From Octopus bimaculoides (taxonomy: Eukaryota): a DNA stretch of 63,743 bases. Below the pieces are notes generated by a model, which was not told where the DNA came from, did not search any database, and was given only the letters and a program-made list of their open reading frames with translations. The stretch spans positions 29,768,445 through 29,832,187 of the forward strand of contig NC_069004.1 in the NCBI RefSeq assembly GCF_001194135.2, read 5' to 3'. Positions within the stretch are counted from its first letter, which is position 1. Each line of letters opens with the position of its first letter. Below, piece after piece: positions 50,325-62,170 of the stretch. The position numbers and the translations under genes were made by a program.

Positions 50325-51005
50325 GAGATCACAGTTTGCTCAAAAATTGCCACCCTCAGCTTTCATAACAGCCTCAGGACAGTTCCATAATGTGGTGCAT
50401 GCATTCCTCACTGTCTCCGTGGGAATATCTTTGAGCACCTCCTTGATCTTGGTGTTGCAGACAGTGGCTGGTGTTTTTTTGTTTGTTTTTTTATCTGTGC
50501 CCCTACACGTAGTAGTTCATGCGATTGCAGTTTGGGGAATTGGGAGACGAGAAATTGGGGTTGGTGGAAGTTGTGGAAATTCTCCAACAACAACTACTTC
50601 TGACTCTTTCCAGAAGTATGGCAAGGAGCTGAATCCTTCTGCCACACATAGGACATATGCCAATCCTTCTGCCACACATATGACATATGCCAATCCTTCT
50701 GCCACACATATGACATATGCCAATCCTTCTGCCACACATATGACATATGCCAATCTTCTGCCACACTTATGACATATGCCAATCCTTCTGCCACACTTAT
50801 GTCATATGCCAATCCTTATGCCACACATATGACATATGCCAATCCTTCTGCCACACATATGACTTTCCAGCAGCAACCCTCTACAACAAGGGTTTGACCA
50901 CACTCTCCAATAGCTTCACATAACCATCTGAATTGAACCTGAGATCCTTTTTGAGGATGTGGAATGGCATGACCACATCCTCACTGCAGACACCCAAAGA
51001 CCATC
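50325..51005 (-). mobile_element. Tc1/mariner (maT-like) transposase relic
   Basis: MVFG..SEDVVMPFHILKKDLRFNSDGYVKLLESVVKPLL*RVAAGKSYVWQKD...SAPCHTSGKSQK...PNSPNCNRMNYYV...IKEVLKDIPTETVRNAC...AVMKAEGGNF, with frameshifts and stops. Confidence 0.85.
50632..50863. repeat. 30-bp minisatellite, about 7.8 copies
   Basis: Unit CAATCCTTCTGCCACACATATGACATATGC; one 29-bp copy at about 50751. Confidence 0.95.
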
Positions 51006-51064
51006 TTTTTTTTGTTTTTCTTTTTCTTGAAATTTTAAAATGGATGTGAATTGTTGAATTTTAG

Positions 51065-51160
51065 GTTCGTGAAATTTCCAAAACCAATGCAGCAAAAGTG
51101 AGAAAAGATGTTACCAAAACTAAAGTCAAAGAACTGAATAAATTAATCAATACCATTAAT
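51065..51160 (+). CDS. CEP295: CEP295 exon
   Basis: VREISKTNAAKVRKDVTKTKVKELNKLINTIN, donor GTAAGC. Confidence 0.88.
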
Positions 51161-52131
51161 GTAAGCTATTTTCTTCATCTTCATCAGTGGTTCTCAACCA
51201 TTTTTTTGTTTTTTACCTATGGATGCCTTTCGTCGTATTTTATTTTACTGGATCTCCAAAGCCATTTGATGTTTTAAAAAATCCTATTGTATTTTTATAA
51301 TTAAAATATTAGGATCTCATCATCATTGTATTTTAACGTCCACTTCCCATGCTGGCATGGATTGGACAGTTTGACTGGGGTCTGGCAAGCTAGAAGGCTG
51401 CACCAGACTCCAATCCAATCTGGCAATGTTTTTACAGCTGGATGCCCTTCCTAACGCCAACCACTCCAAGAGTGTAGTGGGTGCTTTTTACGTGCCACCG
51501 GCACAAGAGCCAGTCGGGTGGTACTGGCATCAGCCACGATCGAATGGTGCTTCTTGCATGCCACCAGCACGGGGGCCAGTCAGGTGGCACTGGCAACGAC
51601 CACGGGACCAGTCAGCCAGCACTGGCATCAATTACTAAAATATAAGCATATAATTGTTAAATATAATGTTTATTCTTCAAGCGAGTTCGTTGCCAGTGCT
51701 GCTGGACTGGCTCCTGTGCAGGTGGCACATAAAATACACCATTTCAAGTGTGGCCGTTGCCAGTACCTTCTGACTGGCCTTCGTGCCGGTGGCACATAAA
51801 AGCACCCACTACACTATCAGAGTGGTTGGTGTTAGGAAGGGCATCCAGCTATAGAAACTCTGTTAAATTGTCCAACCCGTGCTAGCATGGAAGGCGGACG
51901 TTAAACGATGATGATGATGTTTTAAATTAATCTGAGTTTATCCCATATCTTCAAGATTTTGTTGTTGCATTTTAATTTGAGAATGACATTGTAGGGTAGG
52001 TGTGAGATGCCTGATCTAGCTGGCTCAGACATAAAACATGTAGAATTAAACTGGATATGACCAGTTTAAATGCTAAAAGATTAATTTTCCACAACCTGTT
52101 CATCTCTTTTTATTATTATTGTGTTTTCAAG

Positions 52132-52236
52132 GAGGATTTAAACAAAGAAAAGGCTGAGAAGATAGCAGAACTAACAGAATGTTACATGCAAAGCATTAGC
52201 AGCATTGGTCATGCCCAATGGTTGGCGGCCCAAAAT
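52132..52236 (+). CDS. CEP295: CEP295 exon
   Basis: EDLNKEKAEKIAELTECYMQSISSIGHAQWLAAQN (human ...KIQNLEKLYLASLRSMGEGHRQAKEN). Confidence 0.9.
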
Positions 52237-52935
52237 GTAAGTTCATTTTTCTCCATTTAAATTGATTCCTTCGTTTATCATTTTTTTTTTTATTATACCC
52301 CCCCCACCTCTTCCCTATTGACGAAACATTGTATTAAAATCCAACAAAATCCATGGCAAATCTTCATTTCACAAATCTCAATAACCTCTCATGGTGACCC
52401 AGTTTTTTTTAAATCCATTTTCCAGTGCTTGAGGGTGGGGTGTCAGAGATTCAACGAGATTCATAGGGGGAGATTTTCTGTGGCCAGTTACTCTTCCTGT
52501 TACCATTCCTCTTTTGTTTTCAAGCATGGGGCTTGTCTTTTTTCCCCCTTGTCTTTCAAACATAGACAGCACATTGGCCTGACATGTTTCCATAGAAGAT
52601 TGCAAATAAACTATACATCTTATATGTATGTATGTATGCATGTGTTTGTGTGTGTTATCTGGGTTTCATACATTCCCAGAGAACTGACTTTGCTGTAAAA
52701 CACACACAAATACATACATATCATCATCATCGTTTAACGCCTGCTTTCCATGCTAGCATGGGTTGGACGATTTGACAGAGGACTGGTGAACCAGATGGCT
52801 ACACCAGGCTCCAATCTGATTTGGCAGAGTTTCTACAGCTGGATGGCCTTCTTAACGCCAACCACTTCGAGAACACACACACATGCCTACATAAATAGAT
52901 ATGTATATATACACACACATACATAAATATATTAT

Positions 52936-52966
<31 letters not shown>

Positions 52967-53172
52967 CACACACATGTAAGCAATAGAAAGGGCACCTGGC
53001 CATAGAAAATATTCCTCGATAAAATTGTCTGGCCCAGGCAAGTTCAGGAAAGTGGGCATTAAATTATGATACATATATACACACATATATACACGTATAC
53101 AAATATACTAATACACCCAAACATCTGTATTTCTGTACATCATTAATTATTTTTGTCAATGATCTCTTCTAG

Positions 53173-53312
53173 GACGATCCCGAAATTGCAAAACGGCGCA
53201 TGATGAAACGTTATAAGAAGAACATTAAACTCCGCCAGAATGTGGCTCTGTCGAAGCTACACGACGACAAGGTCACAAAATACGTGCGAGAAAACAAACA
53301 CATCATTTCTAG
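53173..53312 (+). CDS. CEP295: CEP295 exon
   Basis: DDPEIAKRRMMKRYKKNIKLRQNVALSKLHDDKVTKYVRENKHIIS+AG. Confidence 0.88.
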
Positions 53313-54539
53313 GTAAAGGGCTTTGCTGTCTGAATAACTATTGTGCTTGTAACATTTTATTTTGATGTCATGAGTGTTGTCCCATCAATTTCGTTTGTTG
53401 TGTAGGTAACTTATCTGATGGAGATGTAGGCTGGCAGGTAAATAGTATTTAACCACTGACTCAAGTATCTCTACTGTCTATCTTTCGTTTACTGCGTGCT
53501 TGAATAATTGCAGATAGACAGGTAGTCAAAATAGTTTTTTAAACACTTCTGGCTTACTCTTTTACTTGTTTCAGTCATTTGACTGCGGCCATACTGGAGC
53601 ACTGCTTTTAGTCAAGCAAATCAATCCCAGGACTTATTCTATCGGTCTCTCTTTTGCCGAACCGTTAAGTTACGGGGACGTAAACACACCAGCATCGGTT
53701 GTCAAGCGATGTTGTGGGGACAAACATATACACGCAAACATATACACACACATACATATATACGACGGGCTTCTTTCAGTTTCCGTCTACCAAATCCACT
53801 CACAAGGCTTTGGTTGGCCCGAGGCTATTGTAGAAGACACTTGACCAAGGTGCCACGCAGTGGGACTGAACCCAGAACCATCTGGTTGGTAAGCAAGCTA
53901 CCCATAAACACATGTACGACAGGCTATTTCCAGTTTCTGTCCACTTCAATCTTTTCTGGGTGTTGTCACAGATTTGGAAATTTTAAAATCAAGTGAAAAT
54001 TTTCAAAATTTGGTAAATCGATGTGATTTTACATGCTAAATCCAAATTTGGGATCTGTTTGTTCCCAGAAAAATTTAGGAAAATGTAACAGAGATTCAGA
54101 GATTGATAATTTTTAGTCCAACCAGAATCAGAAGCGAATCATTTTCTGCGTGACAGATATCTGTCACAAAATGATAGACAGAAATAACAAACACACAAAA
54201 TGATATTGCAAGTCAAAACTTGTGGTTGCAGTGGTGAAAGTGTCACAATCTTGCGAGTACACACTCCTTGTTACAATGGAAACAGGGCACACTACATCCT
54301 TTGCTTGTTCCTATGGAAACAGACACCAATCTGTGCTTTAAGGTCATGTGCATAATGCTGACTTTCGATTGGTTAAAATCTCCCAAAATTTGCAAACTTT
54401 GAAAGCTGTTAACTTTTTATCAATCCATGGTGAAAATGAATTTCATTTCGTAGTTGTTATACGGAATAAATCGGTATAACCAAATTTGTAAACAATTGGA
54501 ACAAAATTGAAAACAAATGAAATCTCAATTAGATTTGTC

Positions 54540-54690
54540 TATTATTTACATTACTTACATTTGACGGATATTTGTCCTCATCTTGTTTGTTGTTAACACG
54601 TTNNNNNNNNNNCCCCCAGCCTTCATCAGGTGTCATTCATTTAATAATAATAATATCGAAAAATACCATAGGAATGAGAATCGAGGTTTG
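54540..54690. mobile_element. Same element, short inverted junction with an internal N gap
   Basis: Minus tail and core (...cagccttcatcaggtgtc) joined to plus-strand aataat-atcgaaaaataccataggaatgagaa. Confidence 0.7.
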
Positions 54691-55171
54691 AAGTATAACT
54701 AAAAGTATAGGGGAAAAACTTACATTCAGGTTACACTGCGGCACATATAGCATCGTCTCGTGGCACACCAGTGTGCCGTAGCATACTGGTTGTGGGGGTT
54801 CTGGTTTATATGGAAGGCAATAATACGTTGACTTAAAGGAAACCACATATCTTTCTCTTAATTCAAACAAAGAACCTACCTGAGCCCTCTCGCTTGTCTG
54901 TTCAACTTGTCCAACCCATGCCAGCATGGAAAAATGATGATTTTAATAATGATGAATTCACTGCTTTTTTTGTGTGTGTGTGTGTGTGTGTTTTTCTGTC
55001 TGTTTTGTCTTCTTTTTTTTATAGTTATCCAAGAGAGGAGAGACAGTACACCTGAGATGGTTCCATGCCCTTAGAATTCTGGCAGCTTGCCACTTTTTAG
55101 GAAACCAAGAGAATAATTCTTGTTTCCAATTACCATTCCATTTTCACAACTGATGTTTTTCTTCTCCTCAG

Positions 55172-55266
55172 GAAAGCAGCTTTGGAAACGGAGAAGGCAC
55201 GAGCTCTGAAGATAGCATCATTGCCTCCACCAGAGAAAAATATTTTTGAAGAAGTTAAGCAATTGA
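55172..55266 (+). CDS. CEP295: CEP295 exon
   Basis: KAALETEKARALKIASLPPPEKNIFEEVKQL+A, donor GTAAGT. Confidence 0.9.
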
Positions 55267-56306
55267 GTAAGTAAANNNNNNNNNNTGCAATTTCTTAGAC
55301 ATTTTTTTTTTTACACAAGTAGAATTCCCTGAATGACTGAAGATCAGGAAAAGAAGTGGTGAGATGCTGTGAAATGGTAACAATGAAAGACTGATAAACA
55401 TATATCTTTTGTCTTTTGCTTGCTTCAATCATTGGACTGTGGCCATGTTGGAGCACTGCCTTGAAGAATTTTTTAGTCGAATGAATCAACACCAGGACTT
55501 ATTTTTCCCCTTTTTAAAGCCTGGTACTTATTCTGTTGATCATTTTTGCCAAACTGCTAAGTTACAGGGAGATAAACATACCAATACCAGTTGTCAAGCA
55601 GTGGTGGGAGACAAACACAGACACAAAGACACACACACACATGCACACAATGGGTTTCTTTCTGCTTCCGTGTACCAAATCCACTCAGAAGGCTTAGGTT
55701 GACCTGAGGCTATAATAGAAGACATTTGTCCAAGGTGCTATGTAGTGGGACTGAACCCGGAACCATGTGGTTGGGAAGCAAGTTTTATACCACACAGCCA
55801 TGAAACAATTATTGATACTTGTGTGAGTGTGAGGCAGGTACCTAGTGGTGTTGATGGCAAGTCAATCCAGCACAACCCCACGATTTGAATAGTGCTGATG
55901 ACCCCCAAGGGGAAGGACTTAAGACTGGATAGTAGTCAGTTGATCTGGTAGGCAATGCCTTAAATCAGTAAGGGAGGAGCTGGTTTGCAGTAAATCTGTC
56001 CAAGAGAAAGGCCCTCAAATACTGCACATTTTCCCTTGATAACCCCTGAAACCTACAGGTGCCTTGAGTATGCAGAGCTTTTAATTCGAAGCAGTTGCAC
56101 AAACAAACAGCTTACAACTTTTTGTGTGTGTCTTTGTATGGCTGTGTTTATGTGTGTGTGTCTCTGTATGGTTATGTCTGCCTTTGTACGTATGCTTATG
56201 TCTGGTCACGTATGTGTGTGTGTGTGAATGTTTTGTGCTGTTTGTGCACTTTTAATTTTCCTTCGTTTGATATTGATTGGCGTAATATCTTCACGTTCCG
56301 CTTCAG

Positions 56307-56398
56307 TGGTTCCTGCAAGGAAGAACAAGTCCATTGCTCCGCATTCCCGAATTTCTTATCCATCTCCTCCGCTTGTGGAAAAACATGACAAGAATTCG
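56307..56398 (+). CDS. CEP295: CEP295 exon
   Basis: (M)VPARKNKSIAPHSRISYPSPPLVEKHDKNS; phases 1-0 fit both neighbours. Confidence 0.8.
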
Positions 56399-56735
56399 GT
56401 AAGGAAATCATTATTATTCACCCATGCTTTTCCCCTTTTAATAATATTATGTGAATGCATGCGTCTCCTTGTGTTGACAACACATCATCATCATTCTACA
56501 TCCATTTTCCATGCTGGCAAGGGTTGGACGGTTTTGCAAGAGCTGACAAGGCCAAGAGTCACACTAGGTTCCATTATCTGTTTTGGCATGGTTTCTGCAG
56601 CTCAATGCCCTTTCTAACGCCAACCACTTCACAGAGTGTACTGGGTGCTTTTTAGATGGCACCATAACCAGTGACAATTGTACTTCCATCAAACATTACC
56701 ACATGGCAAAGTATATTCTTAGTATCCCCTCATAT

Positions 56736-57032
56736 ACATTATTTACATTTGATGGATATTTGTCCTCATCTTGTTTGTTAACAACAACGTTCTGGTTGAT
56801 ATACCCTTCAGCTGTCTTGGGGAAATTTATGTTGTTATTATTATTATTATTATTATTATTGTTCAGGTCACTGCTTGGAATCAAACTCGGAATCTTGGGG
56901 TTAGTATCCCATGCTCTGAACCACTGCGCCATATGCCTGTGGGCATATGGTGTAGTGGTTAACAAACAAGATGAGGACAAATATCCGTCAAATGTAAATG
57001 TACATAATTCCTCATCTCTTAAATATAGAACT
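56736..57032. mobile_element. Same element, head-to-head inverted dimer
   Basis: Minus copy with tRNA head at 56862-56937 and core deleted; plus copy from 56942 jumps from head to tail; 14-bp flanking repeat GTATCCC(C/T)TCATAT at 56722 and 57033. Confidence 0.8.
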
Positions 57033-57368
57033 GTATCCCTTCATATGATTGGTAACAATATAGTAATTACTGTCTTGAGTCCAAGGGATCATGGGGGCCA
57101 GTTACCCAGTTTCTATAAGTGACAGATCACCAGGGTTCCCCCTTAATGGGTCACCAGTCTGTCATGGGGACTCGATTACATAGGAGTAGACTAGGGCAAT
57201 GTGAAATGAAGTGTTTTCTCAAGAACACAACACACTGCCCAGACCAGGAATCGAAACCACAATCATGAGATCATGATTGTAACACACTTATTACTAGACC
57301 ATGCATGCCTCCATAGATATTGTAGCACCTGCATAAAGTAAATGAAACCCCAACTCTCTTTATTTCAG

Positions 57369-57512
57369 GTGGAAGACGGCTACCTTGCTGCTCAAGCTCA
57401 AGATTTACTTCTCCAAGAACAAGAACGACAAATAAAGCAGACTTCAGAGAAACAAGAACATATTCAGAAAGAACGTTACCGAAAAGCCTTACAAATAGAA
57501 TTACTCAATAGG
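57369..57512 (+). CDS. CEP295: CEP295 exon
   Basis: VEDGYLAAQAQDLLLQEQERQIKQTSEKQEHIQKERYRKALQIELLNR. Confidence 0.88.
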
Positions 57513-58754
57513 GTAAGTCAGCGATTCTTATTTTCAAAATATCCTGTTCTTGTTTTAGTCATTGGACTGCGACCATGCTGGGACACTGCCTTGAAGGGTT
57601 TAGTCAAACAAATTGACCCCAGGACTTTTTTTTTGGTAAAATCTGGTACTTGTTCTCTATCAGTCACTTTTGCCGAGCCACTATGTCATGGAGACAAACA
57701 AACCAACGCCATTTGACTGGTGCTGGAACACATACGTGCACACAACACGTTTCTTTTTTTTTTTTTTTCTGTCTACCAAATCCGCTCTGTTATAGCCTAA
57801 GATTATAGTAGAAGTCACTTCCAGAAGAAACTGTGCAGTGGAACTGAACCTACAACCATGTGGTTGGGAAGCAAACTTCTTACCACACTTCCACACTCGT
57901 GCCTATTTTGCAATTTTAATTTTTCATGTTTGTCTGTATCTGGATGGTCTTTCACATGGATTACAATTGAAGAGTTTCAGGATTCCATATAAAATTATTT
58001 CCTTGAGATTTTGAAGTCAGACATCAAGTGTGTATGGAAGAACTGCGATTTACAAGATGCAGTCCAGAAGTTCTCAGGCTTTTTCAGGAAAGACATTAAT
58101 TTCAAAGAAGTCCAAAACCAGTCTAGAATATTTCATGAGTTTTTGTAGGATTTTTGTCCAGTTTAACATGAAAACTTTATTGCCGAGTGAGCTTCCAAAT
58201 TGTCTTCGTATCCTGACAGCATTCTGCAAACTAGTCAGATGTCACAAGCAGCGTGCTGTTACAGCCGTTAACCTCAATCTGGAATAACTGCTCTTACAAA
58301 AGTTTCAAAACTTTGGGACCGCACCTCAAATATCACTCTGGTTATCATCTCCAAACTTTTATCTGCCATTAATTCATTGATCAAATCAGGCATTTTCAAT
58401 CATTTTTCATCTATGGACCTCTTTGATTGACCCCCCCCCCCATAACCATTCATTGTTTGAAAACTAGTTTTATAGAATGTTATTTATTAATGCTTTCACA
58501 CATCAAATTGTGTAGGTTGGTCTGTGTAGAATGTTAAAGAAAGAAACCTAGATGTTTCTTGCGATACATACCAATGCACACATCTAAGGCAAAATTTTTT
58601 TCCAGGGCCTTTAAAATACTCTTGTCCTCAAAGAATGATTAGCGGCCATTTTTCAAAGTGTTGACGAAAAAGGAAACTCCGGAAAAAAACGGATCACCAA
58701 ATTTAGTAACGAAGGTTACCAAATGTACAGGAATGCTAAAAAGAAAAAGATTAA

Positions 58755-58890
58755 GTTATCTCCCTTGGATTAGAAATCTCAAAGGGATTGCAGTTGTCTC
58801 CCTTAGATTAGAAATCTCAAAGCGCTTGAAGTTGTCTCCCTTGGATTAGAAATCTCAAAGGGATTGAAGTTGTCTCCCTTAGACTAGAGA
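58755..58890. repeat. 38-bp tandem repeat, about 3.5 copies
   Basis: GTTGTCTCCCTTGGATTAGAAATCTCAAAGGGATTGAA starting at 58755, 58793, 58831 and 58869. Confidence 0.9.
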
Positions 58891-59196
58891 GTTCAAAGTT
58901 TTTTTTATATCAGTTGATAGAGCACAGACAGGATGTGGTAGCGTACGGATTCCTATCTTAAAGGATGTTTAATGTTGGTTATTCCTGTAATGATGTTAAA
59001 TATCTACCAAAAACTGGAATTATCTCAATAAACGTGGAATATGTTAAAAACAAAAAAAAATTGGTTTCTAATATACCATTCCTCAACAAAAGATAGACTG
59101 GTAGTTAAAACTGCAAATGTTTTCTCCGATAGCATTATGAAAAGGTTTGGATGATGGAAACTGAAAGAAGCCTAGCGTGTGTGTGTATATATATTT

Positions 59197-59388
59197 ATGA
59201 GAGCTTGCTGGAAAGTTCCTGGCATTAAGAGTGTCGTGAAAGGTTTGGTTGGAGGCCCAACATTCTAAGTTCTTCTACAGGGCTTAGAAAAACTGAAGGA
59301 CTACTGCAGTAAGTGTATGAACCCGAAAGGGGAATATGTTGAATAAAATCCGTCTGTATTTTCTTTTATCCAAAGCCAGGAACGTTGA
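59197..59388 (+). mobile_element. Second, more diverged copy of the mariner derivative
   Basis: gaaagttcctggc...cagggcttagaaaaactgaaggac...ggggaatatgttgaataa...ccaggaacgttga matches 24744-24971. Confidence 0.78.
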
Positions 59389-59390
59389 TA

Positions 59391-59421
<31 letters not shown>

Positions 59422-60214
59422 CTATAAGTCAGTGGGGTTGTGTTAACTGCACGTGGAGAAATAATAGGAAAATGAAAAAAAGCCAGAATGCTAAACTGGA
59501 AGCATATTTTAATAAAGATTTCTTCTAACCGGTTTTCATTGCGAAAAGCAAATTATCAAGAAGGAGAATGAAAATGTTTTTTTACAAAGAAGTACAAAAT
59601 GAAGAAAGTAATATATAAAACAATAATATATTAAAAAATAAATATACCCATACGTTATATTGTCTTTGAGCTTTTGTAGTTCAATAGTAGTTCATGTATA
59701 AACTGGTAGGAAAAATAAGGATGCATGNNNNNNNNNNNNNNNNNNNNNNNNNNNNNNNNNNNNNNNNNNNNNNNNNNNNNNNNNNNNNNNNNNNNNNNNN
59801 NNNNNNNNNNNNNNNNNNNNNNNNNNNNNNNNNNNNNNNNNNNNNNNNNNNNNNNNNNNNNNNNNNNNNNNNNNNNNNNNNNNNNNNNNNNNNNNNNNNN
59901 NNNNNNNNNNNNNNNNNNNNNNNNNNNNNNNNNNNNNNNNNNNNNNNNNNNNNNNNNNNNNNNNNNNNNNNNNNNNNNNNNNNNNNNNNNNNNNNNNNNN
60001 NNNNNNNNNNNNNNNNNNNNNNNNNNNNNNNNNNNNNNNNNNNNNNNNNNNNNNNNNNNNNNNNNNNNNNNNNNNNNNNNNNNNNNNNNNNNNNNNNNNN
60101 NNNNNNNNNNNNNNNNNNNNNNNNNNNNNNNNNNNNNNNNNNNNNNNNNNNNNNNNNNNNNNNNNNNNNNNNNNNNNNNNNNNTATAATGAATTTAGGGT
60201 TTTTTTGTTTCAGT

Positions 60215-60497
60215 TAAAAAATGTGCACGCCCTAATTGTGGTACCTGCCCCTACCTACTTGAAGGCTCTGAATTTACCTTCAAATGAGGAACAAAGTTTA
60301 AAATTAAAACCAATTTCTCTTGTTCCTCTGGTAACCTCATTTATGTCCTCACTTGCGCAGGTTGCCAAAACTTCTATATCGGACAGACGAGCCTCCCATT
60401 GCGTAGAAGAGTAGCTGTCCATAAGGAACAAATAAACCTCCCTCAATACCGCCAAATTCCACTCAGTAGCCACATAGACTCTTGTGCCAGAAACATT
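60215..60497 (+). mobile_element. Penelope-like element GIY-YIG endonuclease relic
   Basis: KKCARPNCGTCPYLLEGSEFTFK*GTKFKIKTNFSCSSGNLIYVLTCAGCQNFYIGQTSLPLRRRVAVHKEQI: Cys-rich linker plus IY...YIGQT motif, one in-frame stop. Confidence 0.88.
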
Positions 60498-60524
60498 GTT
60501 ATGATCATTGAAAACATATTGTAG

Positions 60525-60848
60525 CCTGGTGCCGGTGGCACGTGTAAAGGCATTTGAGCGAGATCGTTGCCAGTGCCGCTGGACTGGCTCCTGTGCAGGT
60601 GGCAAGTAAAATACACCATTTCGAGCGTGGCTGTTGCCAGTACCGCCTGACAGGCCTTCGTGCCGGTGGCACGTAAGAGCACCCACTACACTCTCTGAGT
60701 GGTTGGTGTTAGGAAGGGCATCCAGCCGTAGAAACTCTGCCAAATCAGATTGGAGCCTGGTGTAGCCATCTGGTTTCACCAGTCCTCAGTCAAATCGTCC
60801 AACCCATGCTAGCATGGAAAGCGGATGTTAAACGATGATGATGATGAT
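60525..60848 (+). mobile_element. SINE family C with (GAT)n tail and internal tandem units
   Basis: ...gagtggttggtgttaggaagggcatccagc...catgctagcatggaaagcggatgttaaacgatgatgatg. Other copies near 29758, 31637, 35243, 36010, 39210, 51318, 51685, 52720, 62240 and 62955. Confidence 0.85.
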
Positions 60849-60989
60849 ATCTTATTGAAAAAAACAACAGAAGATTGTTGTTGTTTACCTCCTGATCTGT
60901 TCTGAAATAGCAGTTTTATGAACTGCCAAATCACCTGTCACCATTCCCCCTTTTCCTGTTATTTTTTCAGGCCTGATGCATCTTTCTTA

Positions 60990-61520
60990 CAAAGGCCTTT
61001 CACTCTCTATGGAGTATCAACCATTGACAACTTTTCTTTTGTGCTCTTGACTGCGGACCGTCTCCTGTTGGATCCTTGCTTTTTCATTTCTGCCTCAATA
61101 TCCTTTCTCCATTTATTTTTAAAGTGCCCCCTCTTCTGCCTCCATTGTGGGTTCCAAGTCTAGACCTTATGTGTAATGCAGTATCTTGGTTTCCTTGAGG
61201 TGTGGCCCATCCAGTCCCACTTGTGCTTCAGGATCTATTCTTCCATTGGCACCTGACCTCAATCCCATTCTGCTACAGGTCTTTTGTATGGCAACTTTGT
61301 TGTTTCTTCTCATCATCAGATGGGGAGTTGACCTTGTAACTTCCTTTTGGAGTTTGCAGCGCCATATCATGATTCCCCGAGTGAAGGCCATCCTCTCCCA
61401 TGTCTTGTTGGTTTTCAGTTATCATCAATGCTTCTATAACTTTACATTTTTCCAAGTAGTGTTGTTGGTTCTACACAAACCCATTTTATCTCTGAGAAGA
61501 AGTGATCCATTTTAGTCTAA
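60990..61520 (-). mobile_element. RTE-clade LINE relic
   Basis: Minus strand KHKWDWMGHTSRKPRYCITHKV*TWNPQWRQKRG matches the RTE WIGHTLRK...WNPQGKRKRG motif. Confidence 0.78.
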
Positions 61521-62086
61521 CCTCCATCCTTTAACCTATCCAGCATAGAAGAGCCTGTCAGGTGCTTGCACTCTGCTAGCATAGCTCTCAGATGCATACA
61601 AGCCTTCACACTGCAACAAGGACTGGACCTTGTGGTGAACCTTATGTATCTAGGACTACATTAGTCGGTTTGCCCTTTCTCTCTTAAAATTTAAAGTGTG
61701 TGCTTTATGGAGATTTGGTTGTTATTTCTAGTAGGTGAATTGACCATAAGAAGCTCTTATAGAGCCTTTATGCAATACCCTGAATACAACAGAGTTTTTA
61801 TAGAATACCCTATCATAATAAAGGGTATTCAATAACCCCCAATTTTCTGGTCATGCAATTACTTAGACACTCCGTTATTGGTCCCTCTTAATGAACATCT
61901 ACCTCATCACTCAGCTCCCTAATTGAGTAGATGAATCTTTATTTGTAAACTTGCTGTGCTGTCTTTTACTGTGTGGGTTTGAAAGGTTTATTATTCTTGA
62001 ATATCTGTGTAATTGTACCAAACTACTACAGTTGTGTAAAGCCAACCGTTGGAGCATCTGTGACTTGTTGTTCTTTTCCATTCCAG

Positions 62087-62170
62087 GATAGTAAAAAGAT
62101 GATGAAGGAGATCAGCTTCATACAAAAGAAGCAAACCAGGCAGAGACAGAAGAATTTGGCTAAAATCCCT
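62087..62170 (+). CDS. CEP295: CEP295 exon (last one found in the window)
   Basis: DSKKMMKEISFIQKKQTRQRQKNLAKIP, donor GTAAGT. Confidence 0.88.

Larger units (their letters stand above)
47274..62170 (+). other. CEP295: CEP295/Ana1-family gene, 5' part (285 aa); continues beyond the window
   Basis: ERERRRKIRFQQVRE, KIASLPPP and DSKKMMKE...RQKNLAKIP align in order with the recalled human CEP295 N-terminus (DYERRRKLRLLQVRE, KITSLPPP, NQEKLMKE...RRQTVAQMP). Confidence 0.9.

Noticed and set aside
50632-50863. CRISPR-like array
   Set aside because: Head-to-tail units with no spacers, in a eukaryote, with no cas genes.
55893-55925. CTGATGA-CCCC-caa-GGGG hammerhead-like start
   Set aside because: No GAAA and no stem I or III pairing.
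58658-58849. ORF as a possible CEP295 exon
   Set aside because: It runs into the 38-bp tandem repeat, and the exons at 57369 and 62087 already align contiguously with CEP295.
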